DNA of 32,000 nucleotides from Haloquadratum walsbyi C23 (GCF_000237865.1 NC_017459.1:960001-992000), one strand, 5' to 3'; shown: positions 8,786 through 17,288, counted from the first letter of the stretch. The notes: generated by a model from the letters alone, not told the origin. Program-made: numbers and translations.

Positions 8786-10528
8786 ATGACAAACGACTCG
8801 AAAGATACTGACCTGAGTGAGGATGATGGATTTCCAACCGACTATGAAATCGCACAGAACGCAGATATGACTCCTATCTGGGATCTGCTTGAACCATGGG
8901 ACCTCGGAAATGACGATCTCTCATATTATGGCGAGTATACAGCAAAGCTGTCACACGACGCTGTTGATCATCTTCGTGAAGAAGCTAAAACCCGAGAAAA
9001 TAATCTTATATTGGTGACAGGGATGACACCAACACCAATGGGTGAAGGAAAAACTGTGACGACTGTCGGATTGGGACAAACACTGAATCATCTTGATGAA
9101 GAGGCGATGATTGCGATTCGCGAACCGTCACTTGGACCAGTATTTGGTGTGAAAGGAGGCGCAGCTGGCGGAGGATATTCCCAAGTACTCCCAATGGAAG
9201 AAATCAACCTCCACTTCACTGGTGACCTCCACGCACTCACATCCGCACATAATCTTATTGCAGCGATGCTTGATGCCAAACTCTCCCAAAGCGATGAGTT
9301 CGATGTCGATGTCAATGATATTTCGTGGCCTCGAGCGCTTGATATGAATGATCGTGCACTCCGAGAGACCGTCATTGGACTTGGCGGCGAGAGCGGTGGC
9401 ATCCCGCGTGAAGATGGATTTCTCCTGACAGCTGCCTCCGAATTAATGGCTGTTCTTTGTCTATCAAGCGATCTTGAGGATCTCAAGATGCGTGTGAGCC
9501 GCATAATCGTGGGCTATGAAAACGATGGTGAACCAATCACGGTTGATGACATTGATGCAACTGGTCCAGTTACGATGCTACTTCGTGATGCTATCGAACC
9601 AAACGTTGTTCAAACAATTGAAGGAACACCCGCGTTCGTGCATGGTGGTCCGTTTGCGAATATCGCACATGGAACTAACTCACTGATTGCTGATAAAGCC
9701 GCCTTTGGTATGGGTGATTACCTTGTTACTGAGGCTGGATTTGGTTCTGACCTTGGTGCTGAGAAGTTTATGAATATTGTTTGTCGACTTGGGGATATGA
9801 CCCCTGATGCAATCACGCTTGTTGCATCTGTCCGTGCACTCAAGTATCACGGTCTTGATATGTGGCCGGCAGATATCGACGAGATCAATGGAGCTGGAGT
9901 TGACGCACTGGAAGCAGGATTTGTGAATCTTGATAAGCACGTCACCAACTTACAGAAATTCGGCATACCGGTAGTCGTTGCAGTCAATCGCTTCCCAAAC
10001 GATACTGATGCTGAGGTTAATGCTGTTCTCAATCACTGTCGAAATGACCTCAATGTCAAGGCTGCATCGTCCACTGTTTTCGCAGAGGGTAGTGAGGGGG
10101 GTGTTGAACTTGCAGAACGTGTTATTGGTGCTGTTGAGTCAAGTGATCCAGAGGATTTCGAATATCTGTACCCGGCTGATGCGACAATCAAAGAGAAAAT
10201 CGAGACTGTCGCAACAGAGATATACGGTGCTGGTAGTGTTAATTACTCCACAGATGCTGAGGATGATATCGAACGCATGCGCGAACTTGGATTCGACACT
10301 GTTCCAGTGTGTCTGTCAAAAACTTTCCACTCATTGACTGATGATGCCCGTCAGAAGGGCGCACCAACCGGATGGACACTTAATGTTCGAAAGCTCTATC
10401 CATCTGCCGGTGCCGGATTCATTGTTGCACTCACTGGCGACGTATTAACCATGCCTGGTCTTCCTGCCGATCCTGCAGCAGCGGATATGGACATTGATGC
10501 TGATGGAGATATCACCGGACTCTTCTGA
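8786..10528 (+). CDS. fhs: formate-tetrahydrofolate ligase
   Basis: The 580-aa protein has the FTHFS signature VTGMTPTPMGEGKTVTTVGL and a conserved FVHGGPFANIAHG block. Confidence 0.95.
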   Translation: MTNDSKDTDLSEDDGFPTDYEIAQNADMTPIWDLLEPWDLGNDDLSYYGEYTAKLSHDAVDHLREEAKTRENNLILVTGMTPTPMGEGKTVTTVGLGQTLNHLDEEAMIAIREPSLGPVFGVKGGAAGGGYSQVLPMEEINLHFTGDLHALTSAHNLIAAMLDAKLSQSDEFDVDVNDISWPRALDMNDRALRETVIGLGGESGGIPREDGFLLTAASELMAVLCLSSDLEDLKMRVSRIIVGYENDGEPITVDDIDATGPVTMLLRDAIEPNVVQTIEGTPAFVHGGPFANIAHGTNSLIADKAAFGMGDYLVTEAGFGSDLGAEKFMNIVCRLGDMTPDAITLVASVRALKYHGLDMWPADIDEINGAGVDALEAGFVNLDKHVTNLQKFGIPVVVAVNRFPNDTDAEVNAVLNHCRNDLNVKAASSTVFAEGSEGGVELAERVIGAVESSDPEDFEYLYPADATIKEKIETVATEIYGAGSVNYSTDAEDDIERMRELGFDTVPVCLSKTFHSLTDDARQKGAPTGWTLNVRKLYPSAGAGFIVALTGDVLTMPGLPADPAAADMDIDADGDITGLF

Positions 10529-10555
10529 AAAACACATAAACACGTTAGTCAGTCT

Positions 10556-10582
10556 CTTTAATTTTCTTTATTTTCTTTTTGA
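10556..10582 (+). terminator. oligo-T tract downstream of fhs (archaeal-type terminator candidate)
   Basis: TTTAATTTTCTTTATTTTCTTTTTGAC follows the fhs stop within about 30 nt. Archaeal termination commonly uses T-runs. Confidence 0.3.
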
Positions 10583-10639
10583 CTGAGTTCCGAGAACGTG
10601 CTTCTCTATATTGTCTCGCTTTTTGTGAATAAATATTAT

Positions 10640-11175
10640 ATACAATCGGTAAACAGACGAATCGCCTCCGGGGTCAGATCGAACCCTCGAGACATCAGCA
10701 TGGACTCCCGTCCTATGCCTGAGTAGTAGTAGGAGAGTTGTACCCCCCACTCACGTTCAATGTCCCCCAGTTCAAGCGCATATCTACAGGTGCGCTTCCA
10801 TTGTCTGCGTTTTATTGACGACATAGATACCTCAAATTGACATTCTTCAAACCATTTCATTTCGCGTGGTTCTCACACTCACACTGCTGGTGCCCGAAAG
10901 ACTCCGGCTCACGGTTATTATCGTGTGGGTAAATCCGTCGAACACCGCCTCGACACATTGCGCGGACCAACCTGCACGGCTTCGACACTGTGTTCCTCGG
11001 GTATTCGGCGTATTCGAAGAGGCGTCGGAACGCCCAAAATGCTGTCACGTCGCCTCTGGAACGGTCTCCCGAAATAGCTCAACTCTTTGACCGCAATATG
11101 CGAACAGCCGTTCGCGACGGTCTCTCAGTGAGTTCGCTCGTCACCATGTGCGGAGTCCGTCACGTAACTTGCTCC
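10640..11175 (-). pseudogene. tnpB: 3' remnant of an IS1341-type tnpB (IS200/IS605 family) plus its downstream end region
   Basis: Minus-strand fragments lie in shifting frames: ...WAFRRLFEYAEYP..., ...GVRRIYPHDNNREPESFGHQQCECENHAK*NGLKNVNLRYL. These resemble the TnpB WxFxxL, zinc-finger and HAD-NAAKNI-RY (RuvC-III) region. There is an in-frame TGA at 10857-10859 and the first zinc knuckle is lost. The segment is more GC-rich than its flanks. Confidence 0.5.
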
Positions 11176-11181
11176 AAGGAA

Positions 11182-11562
11182 TCACTCAACAGTCGCAATT
11201 GCTTCAATTTCGACGGCTGCGCCCTTTGGTACAGCTTCGACACCGACAGCACTTCGGGCTGGTGGATCCGAATCAAAGAATGAACTATATGCTTTATTAA
11301 ACGAATCGAAATCCTCGATATCATCAAGAAACACGGTCGTTTTGAGAATATCTGTAGGTCTAAGCTCTTCTGATTCAAGCACTGCAACAATATTTTCAAG
11401 ACACTGTGTGGTCTGGCTTGCAACAGACGCTTCATCAAGCAACTCACCGTCGCTCGTCATTGGTAACTGTCCGGCTGTAATGAGTATCTCACCGTTTGTT
11501 GCTGCTTGACTATATGCTCCAACTGCGGCAGGTGCATTATCTGTCTCGACTGTTTCTTTCAT
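11182..11562 (-). CDS. RidA/YjgF/UK114-family enamine/imine deaminase (endoribonuclease L-PSP family)
   Basis: The 126-aa protein has a typical N-terminus APAAVGAYSQA and C-terminus PARSAVGVEAVPKGAAVEIEAIA. Confidence 0.9.
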   Translation of the reverse strand: MKETVETDNAPAAVGAYSQAATNGEILITAGQLPMTSDGELLDEASVASQTTQCLENIVAVLESEELRPTDILKTTVFLDDIEDFDSFNKAYSSFFDSDPPARSAVGVEAVPKGAAVEIEAIATVE

Positions 11563-11795
11563 GCATCCGCTGATTTACAGGGTTGGTATAAAAGTGCAAT
11601 CGTTGCGTCTATTGTTTGACACAGCCTGGCGGTTGAGTGATGATCTGTGTCCTCACGGAGCGTCACATTCAGTCTCAACTGTGATACGCAAATATTCGAT
11701 CTACATTTAATCCAGGAAAACGGCTGAAGCGCCTTGGCAATCGTTCAAAGATAACGAGTATATTAGTCCAATTTAATTAAATTACAATTTGGAGT

Positions 11796-12029
11796 TCACC
11801 GCTCTGTCTGTGTCCTATGGGCAGCATCCCATCCTTCGAAGATTCCATATTCAGTCATCGTTGTCATCCCGGCGATCGCTGCTCGAAGGCTAATTCCAAT
11901 GAGTGGAACATCCGCGACAGTAATAATCACGTCTGCCTGAACAACCGCACCCTCTCGAAGTAGCACGTCGATAAATTCAACGATCGCGTGTGTATCATTT
12001 TTTGTTGGCTTCATACATTTTGATTCCAA
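11796..12029 (-). CDS. gvpM: gas vesicle protein GvpM (GvpA/J/M family)
   Basis: It has the GvpA-type core IVEFIDVLLREGAVVQADVIITVADVPLIGISLRAAIAG and is the last gene of the cluster. The likely real start is the Met at 12014 (MKPTKND...). Confidence 0.85.
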   Translation of the reverse strand: MESKCMKPTKNDTHAIVEFIDVLLREGAVVQADVIITVADVPLIGISLRAAIAGMTTMTEYGIFEGWDAAHRTQTER

Positions 12030-12053
12030 TCAGATGTGATTAGCATACATATA

Positions 12054-13034
12054 CTACCCAATATTTGGCGCGAATGTGTATGGTGGCCATGGACCTGTAA
12101 ATGTTACACTGACACCGTCCCGATCAACAAATTCATCCAATCGGTTGCCAAGCGCAGCCTCCGCATCCGCTGATACTCGAACAGCCAACCGTTCAATCAA
12201 TTCCTTGTCTTCGTCTTCGTTTCGCTTAGTATCGCTCGTAGTCTCGCAATCTGACGTGTCGGTCTCACCATCGTTTCCCTTGATCTCACGATCACTTAAT
12301 CCTCCAATGTCAATATCTTGGCTCCCTTGTTCAGTTATTTCTGCTGCAAGTGGCTCAACGCTCGTCTGTAATACCTCGATTAATTCGTTCCGACGTTCAC
12401 TACGCAGTGTAGCGAGTCGCCGTTTATACTGCTTATTCAATAAAAATGCTGTTCCTTCGTTCGCGCTTGTCCGTTGATCCTCAATTCGCTGTAACTCTTC
12501 ATCGGTTTTGACTGCCAATGATTCAAACCGATTTGCATCCCAAACAAGCCCGATCCGGTATTCCCACGTCCCAGCGAGTGTCATTAATGCTGAGTATATC
12601 TGATCATAATTATCGTGCACCCATGCTTGGACGCTCTGATCACCACCCTCAAAAACAGTATTGAATCGAAGTGGAAGTGGTGTATCATATATTGATCCCG
12701 CAGCATCAACGACTCGTTGATGACTGAGGATCCGTTGTTGTACAGTGGCTAAATTAGGTGCTTCATACGTCTGTGTACATGAGTGTACAACAGCCCCAAC
12801 ACGACCACTCGAATCGATTACGTCCCCCTTTGCATGGACAATCGAAGGTGATGCTCCCTCAATTCCATCTGTCCCAATTTCATCGTCAGACGGTGGTTCA
12901 GACATATGTGACCCTGTATCGACTAAGCAGTAGATATATCGTCCATTATCTATGTTAGTTGATCTTGCATCTGTCTGTGACTCGTCACCCACATTGTTAC
13001 TCTTCTCGACGCTGGAGAATGAATCATCAGTCAT
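12054..13034 (-). CDS. gvpL: gas vesicle protein GvpL (GvpF/L family)
   Basis: It has the N-terminal GRYIYCLVD and C-terminal VTFTGPWPPYTFAP motifs of the GvpF/L family, and it sits between gvpK and gvpM. Confidence 0.85.
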   Translation of the reverse strand: MTDDSFSSVEKSNNVGDESQTDARSTNIDNGRYIYCLVDTGSHMSEPPSDDEIGTDGIEGASPSIVHAKGDVIDSSGRVGAVVHSCTQTYEAPNLATVQQRILSHQRVVDAAGSIYDTPLPLRFNTVFEGGDQSVQAWVHDNYDQIYSALMTLAGTWEYRIGLVWDANRFESLAVKTDEELQRIEDQRTSANEGTAFLLNKQYKRRLATLRSERRNELIEVLQTSVEPLAAEITEQGSQDIDIGGLSDREIKGNDGETDTSDCETTSDTKRNEDEDKELIERLAVRVSADAEAALGNRLDEFVDRDGVSVTFTGPWPPYTFAPNIG

Positions 13035-13163
13035 TGATACATCGCTTTTGTTAAGCCGTGATCCTCTGTCTGCTCAGGTGTGTCTGCTGTGTCTGCTGTC
13101 TCCGCTGTCTATTATGGAATGGTATCTGGTTTATTCCCCCTGTGTTTGTAGTAGTATGTGCTG

Positions 13164-13568
13164 TCATTCTGATTGAATATTATCTGTGTAATTTGAGGGT
13201 ATATCCTCAGTCTGTGTGCTATCAAATATTGACATGAAATCATGTGCCTCCGCCGTTTCCGCTGTTTCGTCGTTTTGATATGTACGCGTTTGTTTGATTG
13301 CACCGCGGACCACATGATCAAGATCACGCTTGAATTCAGTCACATCATCATCAATATTTTCACGCTGTTTGAGCTGTTCAACTTCTGTCTCAATTGCTTG
13401 CAGTTGTCGTCCCAGTCGCTCAACTTCAGCATCCGAGAGATTTCCAGACTCCATTCGTCTCACTGCTTCTTGTTCAAGAGCCTCAACCAGTAACTCAACA
13501 ACACTTACAACAAGCGCAATGATGCCCCCACTGACATCGCTATCCTGATTATCAAGTGTGAGTTCCAT
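13164..13568 (-). CDS. gvpK: gas vesicle protein GvpK
   Basis: It has the GvpK core [43 protein letters not shown] and is in the expected position. Confidence 0.85.
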   Translation of the reverse strand: MELTLDNQDSDVSGGIIALVVSVVELLVEALEQEAVRRMESGNLSDAEVERLGRQLQAIETEVEQLKQRENIDDDVTEFKRDLDHVVRGAIKQTRTYQNDETAETAEAHDFMSIFDSTQTEDIPSNYTDNIQSE

Positions 13569-13570
13569 GC

Positions 13571-14074
13571 TTACTCACGCTCTGAGCCTGATTCATCATC
13601 ACCGCCACTGTACCCATCCGCCGAAGATTCTACTGTACGCTCCTCCGTCATTATCCTTGATTCGGAGACACCTGTCCCAGCCGATGAATTATCCGATTCT
13701 TCAATATGCTCCGTATTCGCACGAGGCTCTGCTGTTGCGTTAACATCCGCGCTTGTGTCGACGTTCATCCTCGGATCATCGTTTACATTTGCAGCCTCCT
13801 CAACACGTTCCATATCGGTTCCTGTCGGGAATTCAAGCCCATATTTCGCGGCGGTTTCAAATGATGCGATTGCCGCTCGAAGCTCGATGCCAAGCAACTC
13901 AGTATCACCGACACTGACCGCAACATCTGCATTCACGACAACGCCTTTATCAAGTAACATCTCAAGCATCTCTGCAAGATCACCCTGCGAGCGTGTTGGT
14001 TTTGGGTCACTTACTATCGTTTGAATTAGTAGATTGCTTAGCGCGGTAGAATCGGAGACCAAAGAGTCGCTCAC
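13571..14074 (-). CDS. gvpJ: gas vesicle protein GvpJ (GvpA/J/M family)
   Basis: It contains [62 protein letters not shown]. The only upstream ATG, at 14074, overlaps gvpI by 68 nt. Confidence 0.9.
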   Translation of the reverse strand: MSDSLVSDSTALSNLLIQTIVSDPKPTRSQGDLAEMLEMLLDKGVVVNADVAVSVGDTELLGIELRAAIASFETAAKYGLEFPTGTDMERVEEAANVNDDPRMNVDTSADVNATAEPRANTEHIEESDNSSAGTGVSESRIMTEERTVESSADGYSGGDDESGSERE

Positions 14075-14360
14075 TCGGGGAGATCTGTGAATACCGCGGC
14101 GCTGTGGGAACGGTCGAGTGAGCGTTTCGAGCTGCGTTCTGCTCGTTTGTCTTCTGCGTTGGAACGGTTGAATAAGCTGAGGGATTTCGATTCATCGAGT
14201 CACTAGTATGACCTCGTGCCTTTTCGGATTGCTCTCGGTTCTTTTTTCGTCGTTCTGCCAACTTCTGACGCTGCTGAAGTAGCTTTTGACGTGCTTTATT
14301 CCGGTTTTGCTCTGCTTTCCTTACTGCCTGTTCTGCTTTTTTGTGATGTATATCTGTCAT
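14007..14360 (-). CDS. gvpI: gas vesicle protein GvpI (small, very basic)
   Basis: It has a Lys/Arg-rich N-terminal half (KKAEQAVRKAEQNRNKARQKLLQQRQKLAERRKKNREQSEKAR) and lies between gvpH and gvpJ. The assignment rests on position and composition. Confidence 0.6.
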   Translation of the reverse strand: MTDIHHKKAEQAVRKAEQNRNKARQKLLQQRQKLAERRKKNREQSEKARGHTSDSMNRNPSAYSTVPTQKTNEQNAARNAHSTVPTAPRYSQISPSERLFGLRFYRAKQSTNSNDSK

Positions 14361-14483
14361 ATATTACTTTCCAATCTCAACCATGCATTACTCTCAATAT
14401 AATTTATATCTCATTGCTGGTGGTATAACCAGCGTGGTCACCACCGTACGCCCGGTCATACATAACATAGTAATCAAATTGTA

Positions 14484-15149
14484 TTATTCTTCTCTCTCTT
14501 GTAGATGCACTGTAAGGACGTGGTTTTTGAATCGAGTATCACTAATCTGAATCCCGCTCGGAATTGCGATCCGCTCTGTTATTTCACCTGTATTAGTATA
14601 CTCACCCTGCTGTGTGTTATCGATTGGCTTTGATTTGGTCATATCACCAGGAGATTTATGTGCAATCATAATAACAAGTTCGCCTCGGTCTGAATCAATC
14701 TGCACATCTACCATTTCTGCATCTACGTCTGGCAGATCTGCAATCACGTCTAATCCATCCTTTCGTGGTTGAACCTGGATATGTGGCGCACACCCTGTGG
14801 TATTAGCCTGCGGTTCATCGTTATCGTCTATCTCACCCGAGAGATTACCTGCCTGTATTTTTGTTTTCCTATCTTTTTCCGTTTGTAAGTGTGAATCAAT
14901 CCCAATAGAGATATCATAGTCGTAATCAATCGAAAGTTGTCCACTAGTGGCTGTTCCGCCTCGAGATCGACGACCGTCCTCGTGCTGCTCAATCTGTGCA
15001 AGTTCTTCGATGACTAGTTTGAAGCGATTGAGGATTTTTCTGAGAAACGTCCGTGGTTTTTTATTATCGTTGAGTGCGTCATTGTGCTCTGGACTGCCGA
15101 TATCATCATTATCATTATAATTATTATTATTATTGTCTGGTGGCATCAC
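14484..15149 (-). CDS. gvpH: gas vesicle protein GvpH (Hsp20/alpha-crystallin-like C-terminal domain)
   Basis: The C-terminal block DVIADLPDVDAEMVDVQIDSDRGELVIMIAHK ... FKNHVLTVHL is sHsp-like. Its ATG overlaps the gvpG stop in a 4-nt ATGA overlap. The N-terminus contains a poly-Asn run. Confidence 0.7.
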   Translation of the reverse strand: MMPPDNNNNNYNDNDDIGSPEHNDALNDNKKPRTFLRKILNRFKLVIEELAQIEQHEDGRRSRGGTATSGQLSIDYDYDISIGIDSHLQTEKDRKTKIQAGNLSGEIDDNDEPQANTTGCAPHIQVQPRKDGLDVIADLPDVDAEMVDVQIDSDRGELVIMIAHKSPGDMTKSKPIDNTQQGEYTNTGEITERIAIPSGIQISDTRFKNHVLTVHLQEREE

Positions 15150-15397
15150 TTTTTTACCTCAATTTTATCTCCCATCTGGGATTTAATCTCATCAGCTAAC
15201 TTCAGTTGTAACTCAAGTTCTTGTTTTCGCTCACGGTACTCTTCTTCTGAGCGCTCATCAATCTCATATAGAAGCTGATTTTCCTTGAGTTCATCACGAA
15301 TTCCATCAGTGTCGTACAGTTCATCAAGTGCCATTGTCTGAAGAATATCTAGTAATGATAAAAATGGATTAATCAATAAATCATCAACAAGTAACAT
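15146..15397 (-). CDS. gvpG: gas vesicle protein GvpG
   Basis: MLLVDDLLINPFLSLLDILQTMALDELYDTDGIRDEL... is a typical GvpG N-terminus. It lies between gvpF and gvpH. Confidence 0.8.
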   Translation of the reverse strand: MLLVDDLLINPFLSLLDILQTMALDELYDTDGIRDELKENQLLYEIDERSEEEYRERKQELELQLKLADEIKSQMGDKIEVKK

Positions 15398-15400
15398 GTA

Positions 15401-16051
15401 TTACCGACCTCCTCTTCCTGCTTGTTGGTCTGCACCGATGTGAATATCGACAAAATTGTATGGTGCCCACGGTCCGGTGTATTGAATCGTTACATCATCC
15501 CCATAGTCACTATTTATTTCGTCGATTGTATCATCAAACGCAGATTGTTTTGTGCGTTCGACGAGATATGATCGATTCAAAATGAGTCGATCACTGAAGA
15601 GATCATCATCGGTTTCATTGATACTTACTGATGAAAGACGTTCATTGAGATCTGTACGGAGCGATGACTGATCGATTGATTCGTCGCCTGTTGAAACGAC
15701 CTTCACACCCAATTCAATTGTCCCCTCAATATCATTTAATGCGCTTCGCAATGCTCGTCGTGCTCCCCGGAGGATCCCTTTGAGTGTTCGTCCATTTTTG
15801 AATGCCATTCCAAAACTCATTGGGACAATCGTCCGACCATCATCATATTCAAGAACTTGTTGCAGCACATTATTATGCTTTGTAACAGCCTCATCAGTTC
15901 GCTCAGGGTCTGTAGTATCGATATCAGAAACAACAGCTGATAATGAACGATACTCGACTGTGTATATTTTATCTGCACCGCCAACCCCATCGGCAACGAG
16001 TTCAATATCTTCCTGTTCAACGACGCCATATGTGTATAAATTATCACTCAT
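15401..16051 (-). CDS. gvpF: gas vesicle protein GvpF (GvpF/L family)
   Basis: It has the motifs LYTYGVV, VPMSFG and QYTGPWAPYNF and is the first gene of the FGHIJKLM block. Confidence 0.9.
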   Translation of the reverse strand: MSDNLYTYGVVEQEDIELVADGVGGADKIYTVEYRSLSAVVSDIDTTDPERTDEAVTKHNNVLQQVLEYDDGRTIVPMSFGMAFKNGRTLKGILRGARRALRSALNDIEGTIELGVKVVSTGDESIDQSSLRTDLNERLSSVSINETDDDLFSDRLILNRSYLVERTKQSAFDDTIDEINSDYGDDVTIQYTGPWAPYNFVDIHIGADQQAGRGGR

Positions 16052-16075
16052 AGGTGATTGATGGTGTGATAGTCG

Positions 16076-16081
16076 CTATAA
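16076..16081 (-). promoter_or_regulatory. candidate TATA box for a leaderless gvpF-M transcript
   Basis: The minus strand reads TTATAG, centred about 27 nt upstream of the gvpF ATG (16051). This spacing is typical for haloarchaeal leaderless mRNAs. It is a pattern match only. Confidence 0.3.
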
Positions 16082-16317
16082 CACTGCACTGATAAATCGA
16101 TTATCATAATCTGATACTATCAATCATGTCTACCTCAAAGTTTATTGATAGATGACATGATGATCTTGCACTGAACTCGATGATAAATAATGTAACGGTG
16201 GGTGTACAAACTGATATCACCGTTGTTAATTTCCCATATATGATATCAATCTTATCTATTCTATTTTATAAAATGTTCAAAACGTCTCATAATAGCCAAT
16301 TATAGCATTATACCCGA

Positions 16318-16364
16318 TGAGCAGGCGCAAAACCTCGCGCTATTTAGGGCGGGGAGGATGTCAA
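16318..16364 (+). repeat. 47-bp mini-element that joins the left and right termini of the GC-rich repeat family
   Basis: The sequence is TGAGCAGGCGCAAAACCTCGCGCTATTTAGGGCGGGGAGGATGTCAA. Its first ~30 nt match 22399-22426 (TGAGCAGGCGCAATACCACGCCCTTTAG). Its last 12 nt are identical to 23049-23060 and differ by one base from 5505-5516. Confidence 0.45.
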
Positions 16365-16434
16365 TGCTAAGGCTGTAATCTTGACTTTCAATCATCTATG
16401 ACCCTCTGAGTTCATTTGGAGGAGGATATCGAAG

Positions 16435-17262
16435 TCATATCGTTGTCCTCTCGAGTTCAGCCTTGGATATCAAATGCTTTGCAATCTTCTCAAATCGTTC
16501 ATCCATATCGGTTGTTTCAGTATGCTCAAATACTGATACACTATTCGCCCAGGCACGCTTCAATGCAACCCGGTTTCGAATCTCCCATAATGGTAATGAA
16601 GCAAATTCTGAATCAAACCATGATCGAAGCCGATTTGCTTCACCATCGACTTCGATTCGATTCAATACAACGCCAATAGGGTCAATTCCGATACCGTATC
16701 CTGCCTCAATTGTCTCGATATGATCGAACAAGATATTGAGTGCATGCTGTGAACTAGCCTCTGCAAGCGCGGGAATAAGGATGTTCCGGCAAGCTAATAA
16801 TGCATTATCAGTGAGCATTCCAAGCGACGGTGGCGCATCAACAATAATGAAATCATAATCTCCTATGTTTGTGTTTGTATTCATGTCATCACCATATTCT
16901 TCGAGTGCCTCAAACAACATCCACAACCGTTCTCGCCCACGCATCGCCGTCTGGAGGTCTGCTTCGGCATTGAACATGTCTATATGCGATGGTATCACGT
17001 CAAATTCCGTATGTTCATAGATTAGATCATCAATCGAAATAGCACTACTGGTGTTGATCTCAGTCAGTGCATCATACAGTGACCGCTCTTCGGTGGTATA
17101 TTGGGCTTCGAGACCCAGCCCAACTGTCCCATTCCCTTGTGCATCAAGATCAACGAATAATACCTCGCATCCAGCCGCCGCAAGCGCGCCAGCGACATTG
17201 ATCGCTGTGGTTGTTTTTCCAACTCCACCCTTCTCATTTGCGACGGCAATTCGAAACGTCAT
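16435..17262 (-). CDS. ParA/MinD/Soj-family P-loop ATPase (orphan; no ParB-like partner seen)
   Basis: It has the deviant Walker A IAVANEKGGVGKTTTAINVA, the A' motif FVDLDAQGN and Walker B DFIIVDAPPSLG. I place the start at Met 17262 (MTFRIAV...) because a TATA-like TTTTAATTATA sits about 27 nt upstream. The 26-aa extension in the ORF track (to 17340) is Cys/Trp/Arg-rich and atypical. Confidence 0.85.
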   Translation of the reverse strand: MTFRIAVANEKGGVGKTTTAINVAGALAAAGCEVLFVDLDAQGNGTVGLGLEAQYTTEERSLYDALTEINTSSAISIDDLIYEHTEFDVIPSHIDMFNAEADLQTAMRGRERLWMLFEALEEYGDDMNTNTNIGDYDFIIVDAPPSLGMLTDNALLACRNILIPALAEASSQHALNILFDHIETIEAGYGIGIDPIGVVLNRIEVDGEANRLRSWFDSEFASLPLWEIRNRVALKRAWANSVSVFEHTETTDMDERFEKIAKHLISKAELERTTI

Positions 17263-17288
17263 TGATATCACTCTTTTTGCTGACCACG

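Noticed and set aside
6108-10337. Numerous 60-175-aa ORFs overlapping folCP and fhs on the opposite strand or out of frame, for example 8045-8572, 6422-6823 and 9088-9504.
   Set aside because: They are shadow ORFs of long genes with clear homology, and their Ser/Arg/Thr/Cys-rich composition is untypical for this proteome.
10636-11048. ORFs 10636-10860 and 10857-11048 (minus), considered as two small genes.
   Set aside because: They are consecutive, frame-broken pieces of a tnpB C-terminal region, and the apparent boundary is an in-frame TGA inside the HAD-NAAKNI-like motif.
13035-13163. The CTGTCT/GCTGTC-rich run between gvpL and gvpK (…CTGTCTGCTCAGGTGTGTCTGCTGTGTCTGCTGTCTCCGCTGTCT…), considered as a repeat array or regulatory element.
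   Set aside because: It is short and irregular. It mirrors the ETAETAE-type low-complexity coding sequence at the gvpK 3' end and is most simply slippage-derived spacer sequence.
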